Source: Zymomonas mobilis subsp. mobilis ATCC 10988 (GTDB lineage: Bacteria > Pseudomonadota > Alphaproteobacteria > Sphingomonadales > Sphingomonadaceae). Taken from it: DNA of 32,000 nt. Below are positions 29,001 through 32,000 of the stretch, one piece after another (the stretch's first letter is position 1; each line of letters starts with the position of its first letter). Below the pieces are notes generated by a model that had not been told where the DNA came from, did not search any database, and was given only the letters and a program-made list of their open reading frames with translations. The translations under genes were made by a program, and so were the position numbers. The stretch covers positions 150,001 through 182,000 of the forward strand of contig NC_017262.1 in the NCBI RefSeq assembly GCF_000175255.2. Direction: 5' to 3'.

Positions 29001-30245
29001 GGTCAATCTATAAGAGGCCCCTTGGCCATTGCTGCTGATATTTCCGGTGAGGTTGAAGCGCCTGTTTTAACCGGTCTTATTCGAGGCCGATCACTCCGTT
29101 ACGAAAATAGCAGCTATGATACCCTTGTTTCTTCAATTGATGTTGATGGGCATTTCGACCGATCAAAATTCTTTTTGGATAAAATGACAGGCAAAGCCGG
29201 CAAAGGCACACTTACGGCTAAGGGCTATGCCAGCTTTGATGCGGCAAGTGATTATGATTCAGCCTTGAATATTACATTAGACAAGGCAACGCTTGCCCGC
29301 GCCGACGAAATGAAATCAACTGTTTCAGGTAACCTTGATATCACAAGTAATCGTAAGGATGGCGGTTCCATCAAAGGTAAGTTGAAGTTACCTGAAACCC
29401 GTTATCGTTTTATCATGGACAACAAAGAAACGGTTCACGACTTATCCGGTGTTAAGCGTAAAGGACAGGTTGAAGACACAGCCGCTCATGAAATGAAAGA
29501 ATCTTCAGCCTCTGCCTCTATACTGGCCTCGGCGTGGAAGCTGGATATTCGGATTTCTGCTCCTGATCAGTTATTTGTTGCAGGTATGGGATTGGAGTCC
29601 GAGTGGGAAGCTGATTTACGCGTCAGAGGAACAGCCACTGCGCCCAATATCACAGGGGATATGCGGGTTATCCGAGGTACCTACAGTTTTGCTGGCCGCC
29701 GTTTCGATATTGATCATGGTGAAATTCAGTTTACAGGCGGAAATCCACCCAATCCGGCACTTGATATTACAGCCGAGGCAACGGTTGATGATATAACCGC
29801 TACGGTAAAGATCAGTGGTTTTGCCAATAAACCGGAAATTACTTTTTCATCCTCACCGTCATTGGCACAGGATGAAATTCTATCGCGCTTGCTGTTCGGT
29901 TCTTCTGTAACCAGCTTGTCAGCCGTTCAAGCCGTACAATTGGCAGCCGCCTTGAATACACTTCGGACAGGCGGCAAGGGGTTTGATCCACTGGATAAAC
30001 TGCGTTCTGTGATCGGCATTGATAGATTACGGGTTGTTGGAGCAAATAGTTCGACAGGCCAAGGTACGTCTTTAGCAGCCGGAAAATATCTCTTCAAAAA
30101 TGTGTATATGGAAGTGATTACCGATACTCATGGTTTTACAGCAACCCAGATCAGAATATCTTTGACCCGAACCCTGTCACTTCTAAGTGAAGCCAGTAGC
30201 TTCGGGTCATCCAATGTCAGTTTGCGTTATTCAAAAGATTATTAG
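26076..30245 (+). CDS. tamB: Translocation and assembly module protein TamB (DUF490)
   Basis: 1389 aa directly downstream of tamA-like gene; N-terminal TM, beta-rich body, C-terminal DUF490 blocks (GELSFTGG-like GEIQFTGGNPPNPALDITAEA, QDEILSRLLFGSSVTSLSAVQAVQLAAAL...DKLRSVIGIDRLRV). Confidence 0.93.
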   Translation: MADQNYNPERQENSSDSIKEKNPNIVAQPENTEANPNKTSPFQNLKHILGWGCVFLSGIALFIIALILFLDTSTGHQLIVRYINKYTTESGLKVKIQRIDGSIYQAFRLVDIEAYDQRGRFLDAPSLFVEWRPLDYRYGIITIKKLHAPRIEVLRNPELKPTKSNPDAPLLPDIHLDIDQIHLDRIDISKNLDGQNHRLHMHGRLALIKGQITVKAEAGADKGQDISGGDTLSLQFDAKPTANLLIVEAHLHAPVGGVVDGLTRLGKPLTMDTAGKGNWQDWRGYIQAQSGDKKLLDWQIHNKDGSVHLDGAVYPSELLPDQPSLQAFFKKGLQIDLTTHNHKNVVDIRGAITGEMFRLTALGGVDWKSSRFNNMSVDLAIPNSQKFLGDDLSFKNFTFSSVLSGLVRSPNIDWRLKAGQIGWQEKIAENIQSRGKMLVDGDHLSMPMGLSVGKISGLDPRLVNLLENLKIEGAINYGDHVLRVDHSNISSRYIHANTTIITDLVTKKWRAAVKGGIDPYKIDGIGRLSLTIDSHLQPEKNGGLGMVGEMMIKGRDWQKPALAKAFGGEAVLRTDMIANAMGNIRMPRFSLASPEFHLEGNGGYQPKGNINLFVRGKSKSYGAMTLDVGGMVSHPVIKATALGLTVNGNLAQTKSNLYHGQFELNGRGLDGIIRLTEEQATQAVNADIAIDKARFVYSQPIDIESGRLRGKAVFSTDPAFQVEALLNNIRYNDFLLKQAAGRAFYQKEQGEGGLTLQGNLPAAGASPVPFNAAIHSSFSADVIRANAQGNVAHLNWHMAAPVEIRSGKNGYDISKIVIQLPKGHIDLSGHYGGQNSYAALQIADIDLSEANLLWPEINLSGQLSAVANADLTGNIPQISARLALNNFTRVSVTGLSQPVNLVVAATNDKNGLVSEAVIRQKQTMIGQMRLGVTPNYAPEKQHKVDWIEALRKGRLSGGIRYNADADILWSMSGVSGQSIRGPLAIAADISGEVEAPVLTGLIRGRSLRYENSSYDTLVSSIDVDGHFDRSKFFLDKMTGKAGKGTLTAKGYASFDAASDYDSALNITLDKATLARADEMKSTVSGNLDITSNRKDGGSIKGKLKLPETRYRFIMDNKETVHDLSGVKRKGQVEDTAAHEMKESSASASILASAWKLDIRISAPDQLFVAGMGLESEWEADLRVRGTATAPNITGDMRVIRGTYSFAGRRFDIDHGEIQFTGGNPPNPALDITAEATVDDITATVKISGFANKPEITFSSSPSLAQDEILSRLLFGSSVTSLSAVQAVQLAAALNTLRTGGKGFDPLDKLRSVIGIDRLRVVGANSSTGQGTSLAAGKYLFKNVYMEVITDTHGFTATQIRISLTRTLSLLSEASSFGSSNVSLRYSKDY

Positions 30246-31516
30246 CCTAACCAACTGGTTAGAGCCCAATGCGCTCTGACCGCTGTTTTCCATAATTCAG
30301 GAAGAACGAGGTCATCTGGCGTAATCTTTTCAGGCCAGAAATTTTCGACGAGTTGATAGAGCTTTTCCCATCTTTTCGGTGTCAAGATAAAGCGCTGATC
30401 AACGGCGTCCAAAGCAGCTTTAGATAGTGGCACTCGCAATCGCAGGCAGGCAGGCCCTCCGCCATTTGCCATACTTTCACGGACATCGACCACAACTGCT
30501 TTTTTAATTGGATTGTTACCGCTAATAATCCGGTTGACCGTTTCCAAAACTGCAGGATCGCTTTTTACTTCCTGAGGTAAAATAAGCGCCATTGTCCGGT
30601 CTTTTAAGGTAACAATTTGGCTATTAAACAGATAGCTTTTAACGGCCTGTTCCAAAGTAATATTATCAATAATAATCGGAATAAAACCGTCAATTTTTTC
30701 GGCTATCCGCTTTATCCATTCGCCTTGGTCTTCAAAAGCTTCGGCATGTGCTAGCAAGACATACTCATTAGCCACGGCGACGACATCATTGTGAAAAGCG
30801 CCTTTAGCAATTGCCTCTTTTTTCTGAGGGATAAACCATGCCAAATCAGGTTTCACCTCTCCCAATCGAGCCACCGCCTGACTTGCCCGCAGTTTTTGTC
30901 TTGCCGGATAAATATCGTTTTTCTCGCCATAGACAAAAATATTTATTCCAGTGCGCCCATGTGCTGAGGTAATTCGCATGTGGTTTGCGGCGCCCTCATC
31001 GCTGAAATGCTGTCCGCAAGGCAAGGGATGGTGCATAGCAAAGAAACAGCTATTGGAAAAAATTTGGTTTAGCTGAGCATAGGTTGTTTGCGCTTCCAGA
31101 TGACGATGTAGCATCGTTGCTAGATTAGCTGTTATAAAGTGAACACGGCCATCATGGCTGTCAAATTCAGAAATAACCGTTGCTGCATTGGCCGCCCACA
31201 TTGAAGAAGCAGAGCAAAGATTATTAAATAACAGCCGATCATCCTTCGCAGCTTGCTTCAAAATAGTCTTGTCATCACCTTTATAACCCAGATGGTGCAA
31301 CAAATGGGTAACGGGTCGTAGAGGAGGTAAAAACACCCCTTGAGTTAGCCCCATATCCATCAGGTGCTTCATTTTTTCTATTCCCTGAAGCGCCGCTTGC
31401 CGCGGATAGGATGGCTGACCAGCATGAAGGGCGCTGGCGACATTTCCCCGCGATAATCCCGCATAATTGTGGGTGGGACCGATCAAACCATCAAAATTCA
31501 CTTCAGAAACAATCAT
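30242..31516 (-). CDS. astB: N-succinylarginine dihydrolase
   Basis: 424 aa; [82 protein letters not shown]-like [23 protein letters not shown]. Confidence 0.95.
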   Translation of the reverse strand: [424 protein letters not shown]

Positions 31517-31641
31517 GTTTTTTCCTTTTTTGGTCTATCAATGGCAATGCATTAAGTAGATTCTATCTGGAAAGACGCGGCGGAAGGGCTTTCGACCTAA
31601 ATTTTTAATCAAGATTGGTTTAAAGGTTAATAGGATATAAA

Positions 31642-32000
31642 ATGAAACCTGTTTTTATTGGTATCGCTGATACTAGATTATCAGATCAGGAAAAAAAGCT
31701 ATTCCGTCAATATGAACCTGCCGGTTATATTCTTTTTCAGAGAAATATTACAGACCGTACGCAGCTAAAGAAATTGACGGCAGATTTGAGAGCCAATAGC
31801 CAACAGAATATTCCAATTTTAATTGATCAGGAGGGGGGACGGGTCGCCAGAATGAAGCCGCCGGTCTGGCCAGCTTTTCCTGCCGCCGCCCGATTTGATG
31901 AGCTTTATCAGAAAGCGCCGGTTAGTGCGATTGAAGCTGTACGTGCCAATAGCCATGCACTGGCTTTATTATTACAGGATGTTGGCATCAATGTTGATTG
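31642..32000 (+). CDS. nagZ: Beta-N-acetylhexosaminidase (glycoside hydrolase family 3), 3'-truncated by window edge
   Basis: From ATG 31642: MKPVFIGIADTRLSDQEKKLFRQYEPAGYILFQRNITDRTQLKKLTADLRANSQQNIPILIDQEGGRVARMKPPVWPAFPAAARF; LIDQEGGRVxR(M/L) signature. Confidence 0.9.
   Translation, partial: MKPVFIGIADTRLSDQEKKLFRQYEPAGYILFQRNITDRTQLKKLTADLRANSQQNIPILIDQEGGRVARMKPPVWPAFPAAARFDELYQKAPVSAIEAVRANSHALALLLQDVGINVD

Noticed and set aside
1-32000. Search for mobile elements, CRISPR arrays, prophage, restriction/defence or toxin-antitoxin cassettes
   Set aside because: No transposase/integrase-like proteins, regularly spaced repeats or small paired ORFs seen; nearly all sequence is accounted for by housekeeping genes.

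Overview
This window reads as an ordinary, dense chromosomal stretch from an alphaproteobacterium. Gene order and protein character suggest a Zymomonas/sphingomonad-like genome (inference, not tested). Genes in order: 5'-truncated topA (+); a minus-strand block of moeB/thiF-like, dut, coaBC, ubiB and ubiE; tRNA-Gly(CCC) (-); mutM (+, TTG start); slt-type lytic transglycosylase and a degenerate UDG-superfamily protein (both -); ETF-ubiquinone oxidoreductase (+); a TPR protein (+); ispE (+); an N-formylglutamate amidohydrolase-like gene (+); NAD(P)HX epimerase/dehydratase, an RlmD/RumA-like rRNA m5U methyltransferase and hisI (all +); an OmpR-type regulator, EnvZ-like kinase, TamA/BamA-family protein and TamB as a stop/start-overlapping block (+); astB (-); and 3'-truncated nagZ-like (+). 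I see no transposase, prophage, CRISPR, toxin-antitoxin or defence locus, and no clearly new system. The points most worth a second look are: (1) the kinase/regulator pair translationally coupled to tamA-tamB; (2) a roughly 290-aa degenerate-repeat, low-complexity insertion in TopA; (3) a UDG-like protein lacking the expected Fe-S cysteines and catalytic-region motifs; (4) a Ser/Asp/Glu-rich spacer ahead of the TamA POTRA region; (5) several perfect intergenic hairpins.
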